From the NCBI GenBank assembly GCA_030704615.1, contig CM060733.1:25420001-25484000 (forward strand): a DNA stretch of 64,000 nt, written 5' to 3'. Origin of the DNA: Takakia lepidozioides. Its lineage: Eukaryota; Plantae; Bryophyta. A program made the position numbers and the translations under genes. The number at the start of each line of letters is the position of its first letter. Position 1 is the stretch's first letter. This document shows, one piece after another, positions 48,701-63,021 of the stretch. A model generated the notes under the pieces. The model saw only the letters and a program-made list of their open reading frames with translations. It did not search any database and had not been told where the DNA came from.

Positions 48701-51565
48701 CGGTCTTCGGCACCAGTAGCTTCTCATTGTTGGCTGATGTACTGATCGTTGGTTTCCGCTCAATCACTTCAAAGATTTTGTAGGCAGCCATTTTTCCTTT
48801 ACTAAATGCAACGAAGTCGGGTGCTGCGAAGGTCAGAGCCCTGCGTGTGCAAAGTTACAATTTATAGATATTCAGCAATATACTTCTGGGTCGATGAGAT
48901 CAAACTCGTCAAATTGAATTCATTAAAATTTTAAGTTTGTCTGGAGAAAACATGAGTTCACAGCATGAGATCTCTCTCTAGCTGATTCTGAACGTGACTT
49001 CTGGAAGTATTTAGACAGACTCTGGCCATGGTTTGGGCAATCGTTGCTAAGTTGGACAGATGACCCCAGCGGTGACTTAATCCTACCCAAAGTGGTCACA
49101 TGAAAGTAGTCTCTATTGCTGTAAGACAGTACTTACAATTTACTCGAGATCTTAAAGATATCTAGCAAGTGCTTGTACTTCTCTGGTGCGTGTAAACCTC
49201 TTTGAACAAGAATATTCGAGTTGAGCGAAACGACAGTACATTCGCAGGATGAACTCAAAAGAAGTCTATCCAGCTAAGTACTCTCCTCTCTATGATGACT
49301 GTAAACTTATGAATTTTCATCATGTAGCAACTAGAGTGAACCTTGGTGCATTGAAGAGGTTGAAAGTACTTACAAGCCCCCGTAAAGGATAGAGAGCAAG
49401 CAAATAATAACATGACCTCCAGAGCTCTTTCCTGAGTGCACCTGGATCCCACCATACCATATGCCCAACCCCCAGGAACAGTTGAACACAGCAGTCGACA
49501 AGCCTAAACCCAGCCCCTTTGCCAGGCTGCTCTGGGTACCTGCTCGTACAGCACCCTCAAGAGCCTTCGAAAAATCGAAGGCTGCCTTTTTCTCCCCAAC
49601 ATAAGAGTAGACTGTGCGTATTTGAGATACAGTCTGCATACATCCAGGCGGAATTCTTAGGTCATTTAGTTCAAGCCTTGAGATAGTAACTGCACGACAA
49701 GTCGAGGACAAGTCTACAGAAAAGAAACATTGTACATCATGTGTGCGTCAAGATTGATTTCTTCTTGATTGAGCTTGTCGACCTCGACGTACTTTCAACG
49801 TATGTATAAATCGACACTCCATGGATGAGCACTTAGAGGACGGTCCTGAAGCTTGACATTCCAAGAGTACATGTATGTATCTACCTGCTCGGCAACAACA
49901 GCGGCGTCCGTATATGCAGCCTGGCTCTTGGCGGTAAAGCCCACCATTTGTTGGTTGTAGGTGCCCTTCACGAAGAAAATTAGAGGGATTGTCACGAACA
50001 GGAGCAGGAGACCCAGCTGCCAGCAAAAATACACCCCTACCAATGCTGACGCAATGAAACAGCTGGAATTGCTGACACAGTGACCCACCTGAGTATCAAC
50101 ATGTCCGGAGTAATTGGTTAGATCATTTACAGTGAGTCACTCGCTGCACAAGACGAACAGTAACGTGCGACATCCAGTTTTAAAACCCTCAACATGCTCA
50201 CGACCTAGACTTCTAGAGCAGCACTTCATTACTAACTCGTTAGCACTTGGTTAAAAAATCCTTTTAACAGCACTTGTCCATGCCCCACAAGCTCTCTTTT
50301 CTAGTCCATAGCGTTTTGGCTTCGCATAAAGCAGTACACACATGTCCAATCTTCTATGAACAATTGATGGCAGCTCGCAACCCGCGAACAAGTGAGGGTG
50401 TGCTTGCTCTTATCTTGGACTAGCATCCTCAATGTTGATCAATCTGAGTAATCCGGCTATATGATTCTCTGGCTCAGAATTCATACCTTGTCACCAATGG
50501 CATCCTGCACGAGGTTCATTTCGTTGTTGATGATTCCCAGAATGCCTAATCTATTTGCATCCGTATCATAGTAGGCCACGTCCTGACTTAGAGCTGATTT
50601 CAAGAAACGCTTCCGAAGCACTGAGGTTTGCCTCTCTGCTGCATACACCCAGCACAGTACCTCTGCGCCCACATACGCCCAAGACAAATTATGAGGCAGA
50701 AGGTAAGTCCACGTGCAAGGACATGTATCACATGCCTGGCAGCACGATGTTTCTACACCTGGTTATGCTTCTTGCAATTCATCCAAACTCCAATGTCCTA
50801 GCTTACGTACAAGCTTAACTTCTTGATTTCTCTTGAAATGCTTGAGATTATGACCAGTACTTCCGAATTCTTCACAAGGATCACAAAGGAAGTTTTGAGC
50901 ACTTACGACCCCAAGAGGCAACAAAGAGGAATGGTGTTACGATGAAGAAAAGTAGACCGGCCTGCACCACATGTCATAATTGAAATGTTCAGAGGAACAA
51001 GCTTGAAATTTCCTTGGTCAAAATATCTTGTACGTTCAACTTGTTCAGAACTTAACTTCCATATGTAGTGATGGCAGGCCACCACTTCAGGATCTTGGTG
51101 CAATCGTTTCCGGTGCACGCATAAACTTGTTTAAAGACAGTTTAACGTTCCAAATTCAAACACTAGAACTGGAGTTTAGACAACCTTGACTAGAGGTTTG
51201 GTTCCTTTGGCCGGGTCACTTCCTGCTGAAAAAGTGTTTCCCAGGAGGATGAAGACCACGGGTATGATTGCTCCAAACACGGAAGCTCCAAGGCTCCCAC
51301 AAATCATTAAGAACATATCAAAGCCATCCGCCATGGACAAAAGCTTGGAGTAGGGGACCACGTGTGCAGGTGACCGAGCAGCTGCTTCCGGACTTGGTTT
51401 GGCAGCATCCAGATACACGTCCTTCACCTTCATGGGCGAGCTATCCTGCATGATTTGGGTGGCGTTCGACTCCGGGAGCGAAGTACAGTCATGCGAACTC
51501 TCATCGTTCCTTGACGGCGGCTCAGTCACGTTTTCTACATCCTGACAGCTCTTAACGGTTGCCAT
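42773..51565 (-). CDS. ABCB: Full-length ABCB (MDR/PGP) transporter, ~1324 aa, 14 exons: 51185-51565, 50907-50961, 50487-50662, 49885-50088, 49374-49633, 48518-48840, 47914-48137, 47518-47683, 47109-47292, 46203-46732, 45767-46008, 44404-44628, 43562-44209, 42773-43129
   Basis: All junctions are GT-AG with matching phases (3975 nt in total). TMD-NBD-TMD-NBD order with two Walker A ([18 protein letters not shown]), two SGGQKQR signatures, two [11 protein letters not shown] and two AHRLST motifs. Confidence 0.93.
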
Positions 51566-53192
51566 GGAAACCAGCAATCAGATCACAGCTTCTCAAGACA
51601 GCTGAATTATACGTGCACATCTATCTGCAGCTGTCCCCGAGTTCATAAACTGACACTGTCCAACACATGAGCCCAAGCAGCAGCCTGCACTAGCCAAGTC
51701 TGGGATGATCTTTCCAACCCACTTCTTCAAATCCTTAGACCTGCTTGCTGATCAGTTGGGTGTGAGCAGGTGATGCAGGCCGAGGAGAGACAAGTAGCTA
51801 TGGCTGTCCCTTTGAACTGCAGGCATGCTCAAAATACTAATTCTAAAAATGACCACAGCTTCCGAGTCGGGCAGCCTGTGAAAGTTGTTTCACTAGCAAG
51901 AATAGAAACACCGTCTGAACAATCTTCCCCTCCTAAATAAATAACGGTCCCAAAGCTTGGAAAGGGTTTTCCTTATCTAAGGTCCTAAACATAGATGAAG
52001 AAAAGTAGAGGGCATCAAGAAGAAAGGATGGAACCAGAACCACGAGACCCACCAAAAGTGTAGGTATTTATCAATGTTGGGCGGATATATGATGAGAGCA
52101 GGATAGCAACCCGGATATCAAGCTGGTATCAGACCCTAAACCTAACCGGTGGATATGAAAATGTGAATGAAATAACCTATACCCAGTGTAATTACCGGCA
52201 GATATCCTGCCAATACCCATCTATTTACAGCAGATATCTGCTGTAAAATTAATAACCCTGGTATATGTTCTATCTCCGAGAACAAGACGGATTAACACAA
52301 TTGCCACCTAGAAGCCAATCAAAATTCAAGTGGGCCTTGGTCTTGGAGTTGCGATTTTTCCTATGCCTCCTTTTGGTTGATATCTCTTTTTTCGTGTGCG
52401 ATTGAAGTAGAAGATTATAGGGGGAGAAGATTATACCACACCCGTCAAGGTAGCAGGATTTGAACCCAGAATCATTTGGGTGGCACTAAGTGCTCTATCG
52501 AACTGAGCTACCGACTGGCACGGTCCTGGAGTTGAAATTGAAAGAACATCCATCCCCTCATATCCAGAAATTTATTAAAAAAACAAAAAATTATTAACGG
52601 GTCGGACCCAGGTCCCATATATCCACCCAACACACATGACTCGAGAAGCATGAGACGTAGCAAACTAATAAAAGGACAAGCTACAGCAGCTTACCCTCCA
52701 GAATCGGCAGCAGCTTGCCCATTCCATAATAGGTACATAATGATCATAATATAGTGAGTTCAAAGACATATATACAGTTAAATGTTGCATTCGTGTCTTT
52801 TATGCTTGATTCCGCTGCTCTTACATAGTATATGATTCACCGGTCCGTTGTTCCTTGGTCTCTTCATGGTTCATGCCTACCTTTCTTGGGTCGATCAGTG
52901 CCAACCTTTGCTGTCTGTCATGCAAGTTTTACCCTGACTTCTGGCACTTGCTGCTTGTTTCACGCCAAGGGTTCGTACTTTGCCTTCGTGTGTGTTTTTG
53001 CCTCTAATGCTCTATGATGGTTTTACATTTTTCCCTCCTTCATAAAATCTGATCTTTTCATTAAAATAATACAAATAAAAAATATATAATGTTTATTACT
53101 AGGCAAGAGAACCGACATTGCATAGCAAAACAAGGACAAAGGGGTGGGCTGTCCTATGTGCATCTCTTTCCAGGTCTGCCGAACGGCGACGG

Positions 53193-53935
53193 AGGGAACT
53201 TATGAAAGACTTCGAACTCTCATGGGATAAGGGTGGCATCCTCAGCACCTGCACTTTAGACACACACTGTCACTGGCAAGAATATAGCCTCCCCCCACAA
53301 GCGGCATGATGGTAAAGACGGAGACTCCAACCGGTGCCATCTTAGAGCTAGAGACTCCAAGCTGAAAACCCAACTCAGATTTAGCTGAAATAGTTTTTGT
53401 AGCTTCTAAGAGGCCCCACTATTCCTACTACTTCCTCCTAAGCTAAAGCCTATTCTCATACTCTACTTCCATCAGTGTTGTGACCACTCAGTGCCTCAAT
53501 AACCATTGTTTGACATCCCTTCATCACTTGCATTCTGCATCCCTTACCTGCTTACAGCACTCTCAGTGCTTTTCACACAGCACTAGAGTCGTTTCTCTTG
53601 TAGCAACCTCTGATGTTTTTGCTAACGGTACGTTGTTTTATGAACTATTGGTCATAAGGTAGTCTCCCCAAAGTAAGCCTCCATGGTGGTTATTTTTTCC
53701 ATGTTTAATGTACTGGGCTCCATCCCTTTCAAAGAAAAACAAACAAAGAAGACAAGTGGAATAAAAAGTAACCCAAAGAACTTGATGCGAGAAAAAATGG
53801 CTTGATAACAAGCATAGAAGACCATCATATAGCAAAGTCGGGACTCAGACCACTATTAAGGAAAAAACAGAAGCAATATATATTTATATATATGAATGAG
53901 ATAATAAATTCCAATGAACTTGTTGTTTGGATAGT
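53193..53935 (+). repeat. Dispersed repeat duplicated at 61095-61737 plus 62250-62312 (second copy has a ~500-bp insertion)
   Basis: Colinear blocks AGGGAACTTAT.AAAGACTTC, AGAGGCCCCACTA, AAAAGTAACCCAAAGAACTTGATGC and AAACAGAAGCAATATATAT. Confidence 0.85.
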
Positions 53936-54099
53936 GAAATCATTCAACGACGCTCCCAATTGGCATAACACTTTTGGCAATACAATACATACTGGGTTGT
54001 AGCAAGGAGCTGTCCATGGCGAGGACGCGGGACCTGCTACAACTATTAGGCTATGGATAGAGAAGTAAGGGCCAGGTAGGCTAGGAAATGGACGAATCT

Positions 54100-54895
54100 T
54101 TCAAATCTCCTCTAGGTTTGCAATCATATTGAGGATCATCTAGCCAATTTTTCATCACCATAACCACCCTGTCAAGATTCTCAACTTGCAATGACAACAA
54201 CGGGGTTCTGTAAGAACACCTACAATACTAAAACTCGTTCAGTCTCAATTTGAGATAACCCAAGGATATCAAAGATTTGTTTGACAAGATATGCAACATT
54301 GGGAAATTGTTCCTCATGATCGCGCCATCCTAAGAGGGGATCTGTTGCAGCAGTTAAATAAACCCCTAATTGCCGAATTAATGCGAGTTCACCCTTCATA
54401 TTACAGCACTTGCTTCTTCGTTTGATGTTCCCACACCAAAGGTATTGTTGTCCTCAATATATGTTTCAAGATAGAAAACTACTTGAGACTCATATGTAGC
54501 TGGGTTTAGCCGCATATAACCATATTTAGCAAAGGCAAGAGACACTTTTGGTCATAGTCCTGAACAATTGAACAGCAGCGGCCCACATAATGTCATAATT
54601 CGACACAGGTCTCGGCCCCTTGAAACGAGGATCCAACATAAGTGCAAACATGTTATATGTGTCATGCGTGCATCAAAGCATTGCAGAAATGCAAGGAAAT
54701 GCAGTAGGAGAAGCTCTGATTCGAACACATCTGGCAGTTGTGTTTCCTTGTCAAACTTAAACATCTTCCTTTGCATGATAACTGATATATTGGATATGGC
54801 CACATTGAGTGTATCAAAAAGTAACCAATGACCTTGGGATTGATTTGTCACACAAGCAGTCACAACAAATTTGAAGGAACTTGTGACAACCTCTA
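54100..54895 (-). mobile_element. hAT transposase remnant (C-terminal part with dimerisation domain)
   Basis: NQSQGHWLL, MFALMLDPRFKG and WRDHEEQFPNVAYLVKQI..SQIETERV(F)SIVGVLT..LQVENLDRVVMVMKNW across frameshifts. Confidence 0.8.
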
Positions 54896-54950
54896 CAACA
54901 GCCCGGGGCTTAAGAACTTTTTATTGAAGAGTCAGACTTTGTCGACCATA

Positions 54951-55400
54951 CATTACAACAGATGAGCGTTTTTGTGACTGTACATATGACTATATTTTCA
55001 GTCATATATGCATTCATGACTACATCACTCTGTAGTGAAAAAAATCATGTCATAGCGACCATCCTGTATGACTGCGTTGTGCAAGTCATAGCCGTGACTG
55101 CTTGCGTGGCACCTGGAGTCATGCTGCAGGGAGCGATGTAGTCACAATTATATGACTAACTATATGATTACATGTCTACAACGTATATGACTCCATGGAG
55201 AGGCGTCAGAGGGACACATGTAGCACTCCGGATATGACACGTGTCCACATTGACAACATATATGACCTACACGTAGGAAAGAATATCGTATCATGTAATG
55301 TCATGATGCCATGATGTAGTCAAGAGTATATAACTTCATGACTATATTATATGACTACATGTCCACAATATAAATGACACGTGTCATAAAGAGGTTTTTT
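54951..55400 (+). mobile_element. Probable degenerate CACTA end with ATGACT/AGTCAT subterminal repeats
   Basis: CATTACAACA (one mismatch to CACTACAACA) followed by dense direct and inverted ATGACT motifs. Confidence 0.5.
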
Positions 55401-57294
55401 TAATAATGTTTTTAATTTAATAAATTAAATTATAAAATTACAAAATTTAGATTATTAATTGATTTAAATTCTTCATTATGTTTTTGGAAAAATAGAATGG
55501 AAGCCACTGTTGTCCTACATACCACAAGGAGAAACAAAGTTGACACGTACAGAGGAGTACCAGCCCTGTAAATAATATTACAAAATTCCAAATTGGACAA
55601 GCATCCCCACAGATGCCTCAAAGTCTAAGGCGTAGCAAAAATTAAGCAAACCCACACAAGGGATTAGTACTACTACAGTTCTGGTACTACGAAAATGAAG
55701 GACTCTATTTACAACTACCGAGTGCAATATTCCTTACAACTGCATTTGGCTAACAACTTCGAAACGAACTTGGTGGGGTAGTGTGACAATCACCACACAC
55801 CCGAAGATTCTTCATAAGATAGAAAGACATCTCTGCAGGGGTCTTGCTCATCAGCCCAAAACCTCGATTGTCCCACCATTGACTGGGGTCAGAAAAGTAT
55901 TCATTCCACAACTTCTCCTCGTCTCAGTTACGTGTTTATGGATACTTTCATGTTGTCACATTGGCCGCATCATGTCAAAGTCACTCCAAACTATCAAATG
56001 TTCACTCAACTAGCTAACTTGCAGAATTCAACATGAAAATTTAGGGCCGATTCTGATAAGAGGGAAAAACAAGGTGAAATGTGTTGAAGAAGGTGCCTTA
56101 ATTTAGGGACGACTCTGATAGCAGAGAAAAACAGGGTGAAATATGTTGAAGAAGGTACCTTCATTAGCAGTGCCTTGTTCTATCAATTGTGTTGTTGCCG
56201 CCGTTGTTTCCAGTTGACCATCTACCCACGATGTTCAACCATGCAACTACTCTCTAGCCTGTCATGTCATTGGCGCATTCAAACAAAAATTGGGTGGCAT
56301 GCTCCAAGATCCCTGCCGAGCATGATTCATACACATCAATGGCTGGAGAGACATCTCCTAGACACTACTTGTCTCTGCACAATCATTTTGCTATGTGGTT
56401 ACATTTTCAGGGCATCGAACAGAGGAAACTGTAAAACTTTCTTGAGCACAGTTTGTAGTCTGGTTAGCTTATCAGGCATATTGCCCGGATCTCCAGGTTG
56501 CAATCGGGCTTTTGTTTGATCAATTTGGTGGGTAAGGGTCACAGCAAAGAAAACTGGTTATGACTCTTTTCAAGGCACACATATTTCAGTGACAATCCCT
56601 ACAATACCTGAAAGCTAATGCCGGCAGTTCCACTCCACGTAAATGGTGGCTGTAATCTACACCCGCCATCAGCCTACCTATCATTACCCCGCCATGCAGT
56701 GGACCTGATGCCTAGGTCTCTCTACAAATGTCATGCACTATTGTTCCTGGACTTCGAGAATTCTGCACCCACCAACCACCAAATCTTCAAGAGAGCTCCC
56801 CAAACCAAACCTACCAAGAAGAATTATACTTAGTCATTTTGTTTGTTGTGGTGACCAAAATGAACCTGTTCTTGAAGTGTAAGGCCATGACAAACCGTGC
56901 CTAGGGGGTGCACCACAACAAACCTGTACAAGCCACGTGAGTGCACGAGAGGGGGTATTTCTAACCCCCCCCCCCCCCACCATGTACAACATTATACATA
57001 CATAGGGGGGTAATCAATACCTTAAATATAAGTCTACAGCAAAGGGCTAGCATGATTAAGAGGGTTGCGTAGTGGTAAGCATCACCAATGTCTCCACACC
57101 TATCATGGGTCCAAAGCACGATGGAATCTTGAATTTTTCAAAAACTTCGAAAATGCTTATAATTCACAACACAAAGTTGAACTCAAGACCACCTGCACAC
57201 CACGACTACCTAGGCTACTCCATGATTCTTGGAACAATTGTAATGTTTAACAGTAATATACAAGAAAGACAGTTTGTTTTGTTTTGTATCATCA

Positions 57295-57720
57295 TTGAGA
57301 TCTCCTAAACCGCGGGGCCCCAGCCTTGGTGTTTGGTACCATTTTGAAAGCCCTCGATGAGGAGGGTGCATTGGCTTGGTCTCATAATTTTGCGACTTAC
57401 GGTGTGAGAGATATGAAATTTCAAGTACTTTTGGTCTTTGGAAACTCGCGAAAAATAGCAAAGTGGGCTTTCTTGCAACAATGATTGGCCCTTCATTTGT
57501 CATTTGAGCACGGGGACATAAATGTAAATTGTTTTTTTAAGGAAAAAATAAAAAAAATAAAAATATGACGCCTTCAAATATGGCATGAACACAATATTGT
57601 TTGTAGGGTTCTTGAGATCTCCCAAACCAGCCACGATTTTGGTACCGTTGGAAAGCCCTCAATGAGTAAGGATGGACCGACTTGGTTTCATAAAATTTGG
57701 ATCTACAGGTCGAGGTCTAT
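57295..57720. repeat. Two degenerate copies of a ~110-bp repeat
   Basis: TTGAGATCTCC.AAACC...TTTGGTACC.TT.GAAAGCCCTC.ATGAG...CTTGGT.TCATAA at ~57295 and ~57612. Confidence 0.75.
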
Positions 57721-58099
57721 TTTTAAATGAATAAATTTGATATAATATAAAAACATACATATACATATTTGAGGGTATTTTTTAATGATTGAAAAGAAGA
57801 ATATACATACAGAAGGGGGGTACGTCTTAAAAATTGTAAATTTTTGTATATTTACAAGAGAGGGTTTTATAATCTTCAAAAAGTATGTACAAAGGGGGTA
57901 TAAATTATCCAAGGACCAATATACATGGGATTTTTTTATTAGCCGGCGAACACACGTGATACGCAAATATTGTAAGCTTTAATGCATTGTTAATACTGAA
58001 TTTTTTTTTCATATTTATTAATTAGTTATAATGATGTAACAGATGTCCAGATTTCATCATTTTGTCCATATTTACTTAAAATGGTGTTAAATCTAGATG

Positions 58100-61086
58100 T
58101 CTTCAGTTTGGGGTCCACTGATTTAGGCCGCACTCCCATCCTTCAACATGACATTGTTATCGAATCCTATCAAATAATTTGCTTGCCGAGAAAGTGTCAA
58201 GGAACGTGCTATAGTCCAAGAGGAAGTCCAGAAGATGCTAGATGCTGGTGTGATTAAGCCATCAGTTTCTCCTTGGGCTAGTCCAATTGTCCTGGTTGGA
58301 AAGAAAGATGGCACCACCCGCTTTTGTGTTGACTTCAAGAAACTGAATGACATCACCAAGAATGATGCCTACCCACTACCTAGGATCAATGAGACCTTGG
58401 ATCAATTGCATGGTGCTACAATTTTCTCCTCTATTGATCTTGCATCTGGTTTTCGGCAAGTTCCTCTCACTAAAGCAGCCAAGGAAAAAACCTCATTTGT
58501 GTGTCGCATGGGTAAATACCAATATGAGACCATGCCATTTGGTTTGTGCAATGTTATCTCCACCTTCCAACGCCTCATGGACATTGTCTTGGGTAATCTT
58601 CGCTGGGAATGTGCCTTAATTTATGTAGATGATATCAATGTGTACTCAGCCTTGATGCCCACTTGACTGACCTGCAGCGTATTTTCAGCAAATTGCGCAC
58701 TGGAGGACTCAAAGTGAAGCCAAAGAAGTGTGAGCTGTTCATGCTTGAGTTGCACTTTCTTGGTCATATCATCTCCAAGGATGGTTTGCTTCCTGATCCT
58801 ACCAAGCTTGAGTCTGTTTGGGGCTTTCCTATTCCCAATGATAAACATTGTATTAAATCCTTTCTTGGTCTGGCTTTCTACTATAGGCGATTCATAAAAA
58901 ACTTTCCCAAGCTTGCTCACCCTCTAACCAAGATATTGTGCAAGGATGTCAAATTTGAATGAACCTTCTCCCAACAAGCTGCCTTTGACACCCTACGCAA
59001 GGCTTTGTGTTCAGCTCATATCCTGATGTTTCCCAACTTTGAATTATATTTCTTGCTTTAGACTGATGCATCAGATATTGCCATTTCTGCAATCTTGTGT
59101 CAAGTTTTAGAAGGCAAGGAGCATGTGATAGCTTATGCATCTCGCTGTCTTGATTGTCATGAACAGAACTATTCCATATCGACAAGGAGGGTCTGGCCCT
59201 AGTGTTTGGTGTGAAACATTTCAGGCAATATTTACATGGTAGCCGGTTTGTGGTAGAGATTGATTATCTTCCAATTAAGGCTCTTGTTAAGCCAAGGGAA
59301 CTTCATGGCAGATTTGTTAGATGGGCTATGGAATTTGATATAGATATAGTCTACAAGAAGGGCAAGGAGAACATAAATACTGATGTACTTACACGGGTTG
59401 ATCCTCCTGTCAGCAGGCCTATGCTCACCTTGGATGACCTTATTGCTGCTGATGCAGCCCCTCCTCCTGATGCAGCTCAGCACCCCTTGGCCTTGGATTC
59501 ATATGGCATATGGCTGCTTGGGGCTGGTCTAGCCTTCTTGATGATCCTGGTTGATTTAATCGTGTGTTAGTGTGTGTGGTGGATCTATCGCTTAGAGAGA
59601 ATTCAGATGGTTTGGTAGAAGTTCTTTATTGTGTTTCAGCTCATCTCTTCCATAGGCCCTCGAGTATGTTGTAATTCAGCTGCTGCACTCCGGTGTGACT
59701 ATTGGCTTGAACCTCAAGGCCTGATTTGGCTGTCCTTGAGTAGTAATAAATGAGGTGAAGATATCCCTGGCTAGAGATCATAGGTGCAGGCACTCCAGAC
59801 CACCTTCTCTAAAGCCCATTGTCTACCTCTTAATCACACCGCCGTGCATGCCAGCACCAAGAAGACTTCATTTTGAGTTGTTGTATGGTCGCAAGTATGT
59901 TTCTCCTTTGCATTCTACCCCTCTTATCTGTATTGTTGCTGATCCGGTTGATCTTGACACCTTTGTTGAGGATCTTCATGCTCGGCATGTGGTGTCTATC
60001 CATGATGCCAAAACGAACATTGGTAAGGCTCAGCTAACCCAGACCCGTAATTTTAACAAGCGTGTCAAGTATTCTAACTTGTTTCAGGTGGGACAGATCG
60101 TGTGCATTTGATTACAGCATGGCAAACATGCATGCAAATCTAAACTCAAGATCGACAGTCCATACTTGATCTATCAGATTTTACGTGGGCGACGTGCTCT
60201 CCTTCTTCCACAAGGCTCCAATACTGAAGTACGGGATAAGCCTGTTTCCTTGACGGACTTGGTGCATTCTGAGCTAGTTTTTTATCTTACATGTATCAAT
60301 GTGGAGGGGCGCACGGTGGGGTGATGTCTTGATCTTCTTAGGCGATCTACTTCAGCTTGATCCTCTTCTCAACGTCTTAGTTTACGGATGGTGACTCTTG
60401 GGGTCCTAGAAACATTTTTTTTCATGGTATATCACCATCTGTACTCCTTCACGGTTTTCCTAGCCAAGGGTTTTGTCCTCGGCCCAACTTGCAGGTGCCA
60501 GGTTTTCCCTTGGTAGGTTTATCACCCAACAGCGGAGGGTGATATTTCCCTATTATTTGTTTTCCTTCGCGGAGCTCAGGATTTTTCGTGGGGGGTAGGC
60601 TTCACAGATGTGATGGCTCATATTTGCTTAGCCTAGAAATGGCTGTTTCATCCAAAACGGCGATACACATCCATAGTATAATTTTTTGGCGTATAAAGCC
60701 GTTAAACCGTTACAATGATATCTAGGTTAGGGTTAGTTTTGGCTAGTGGCTCAATCCTGACCCTTCATTAGATCTAGGGTAACAAAGCGGTGCCGCGGGC
60801 TTTGGCTTGTGACGCTTCGTCACGCGGTGGGCAACTAAGGCTAGGGCTTTTGTATAAAGACGGCGCCCTGACACAAGGTCAGGGCGGTGTACTCGGGTGT
60901 TAGTGTATATGTGATTTTGGTGTACAAGCTTTGGATGAGAGCTGTTTTGTGTCAGATCCGTGTGTTTGATCCTTCTCTCGGGCGTTGCCTGCTCTTTCGG
61001 GGCTCTTTCTGTTCGCCCCTTTGTTGTGAAACCTTGCTTCTTGAGAGGAAAGGAATATATGCTTCAGGCTTGTTTTAAGGCTTCAC
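58100..61086 (+). mobile_element. Ty3/Gypsy retrotransposon remnant (RT, RNase H, partial integrase, PPT, 3' LTR ~60600-61086)
   Basis: SPWASPIVLV.KKDG..RFCVDF, YPLPRI, MPFGLCN, IYVDD, TDAS, FGVKHFRQYLHG and FELLYGR in RT-RH-IN order. G-rich PPT at ~60590. Stops and frameshifts present. Confidence 0.92.
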
Positions 61087-63021
61087 AGGCATAGGGAACT
61101 TATCAAAGACTTCAAACTCTCATGGGGTGAGGGCGGCATCCTCGGCACCGGCACTTCAGACACACACTTTCACTAGCAAAATAGCCTCCCCCCGCAATGG
61201 GAAATCGGCAGAGGATGGTTTAACTAGAGACTCCAAGCTAAAAATTACCCAGCTCAGATTCTAGCTAAATTAGTGTTTATAGCTTCTCAGAGGCCCCACT
61301 AATTCCTACTACTTCTACCCTAAACTAAAGTTGTTCTCAAACTCTACTTCCATTAGTGTTGTGCCCACTGAGTACCTCACTAATCCTTGCTCGATATCCT
61401 TTTGCACTTTGCATCCTTACCTTCTTACAGCACTCTCAGTGCATTTCACACAACACTAGAGTCGTTTCTCTTGCAGCAACCTCTAATGTTTTTGCTAAAG
61501 GTACCTTGTTTTATGAACTCTTGGTCACGGGGTAGTCTTCCCATTGTAAGCCTCCACGGCCTCCATGGTGCTTATTTTTTCCACCTTTAATCTATTGGGT
61601 TCCATCCTTTCTTCAAAGAAAAAAGAAAAAAAACAAGGAAGATAAGTGGAATACAAAAGTAACCCAAAGAACTTGATGCTAGAAAAAATGTCTTGTTAGC
61701 AAGCATAGAAGACCATCATGTAGCAAAGTCGGGACTCCCGCAGGCCTCCAGTGTGATCCGGGGTTGAGCCATCTGGATTCTGTAATCTGCCATTGACTCC
61801 CCAAGTGCTGCCACCGCTCTTAGTTAAACCGAGGCAAATCCCCTCACAATGACCTTTTCACACACACGTGTGAAGAGATCTTAGCATGAAAAAGAGAGAA
61901 TTAACTTCAGCAAAACCTGACCTCCTTAATGCTTACATGATGCGGGGACTTTTCTTTAACTCGAGATTAGGGCAATCAGTTGCCCAATCCTGACAGTCCA
62001 CGACAAGGGCCATTCTATGGCATTGATTTCATAAAATTTGAAGCCAATCTGAAAAAGCAATTTACATTTCAATAGGGCCGGAAGCCCGTTTTGGGCCGGT
62101 GGGTGTTTAAGGGTTATACTAAAAACAATACTAAAACAATACTAGGGTCATAGTGTGTATTAGTAGTCAAAGCAATGTGACTCACAAATGAGCTTTTGTC
62201 TTTTATGTTATGTTATATTTGAGAAGACAAAAATAACATGAGTTTTCCATGAGGAAAAACAGAAGCAATATATATATAGGAAATAACAAGCTCCAATGAA
62301 CTTGTTGTTTGGATAAAGTTGATCATCTAAGGCATGCGATCCAACTTACCTCCATCTGAGAATGTCAACAACTCCATATCAGTATGTCAAATTTGCCCGA
62401 AACAAGTGTTCTATTGCTGCTCTATTGAGCACCAAAAGCTGAATGGATTTTTACATTTTGGTTTGGTTGGAGTTGCCATCCCACACAACTCTATTTTAAC
62501 TAATTCTGGACTTTTGTTTGGTCCAGAAATAATACAATATATATGAATAAGTATAATCTATAATAGAAATAAAGAGATATATCTATAATTATTTGACTAT
62601 TTGTGCACTATATAACAACAAATTGTGTAATCCTCCACACATTCTACGCAAAAATACAAGTATGTATTGTGGTCTTAGATGAACATCCACTGCCAAGTTG
62701 ACGTTCATTAAAAGGAATGGGGGGATGCAATGAATCAAACAATGATGAGAGCTCCGATATCCAAAATGACTTACACAAACAAACATGGAATAATGACAGA
62801 ACCAAATATTAAACAATGATGGCACGTGATGAACATGACAACATGGAAAAACGAGTCTGTCGGGATCTGATTGATGATATGAAACATTCATATTTTATTT
62901 GAGATTATATCATTCAAGGCGATGGACCAACAGAAAAATGAACGTCACCTGTCCATCCGTTCATGGACTTAATGCCATACAAGCCATAGATTCTGAAGCC
63001 ATAGAACCGTTACGGCTTATA

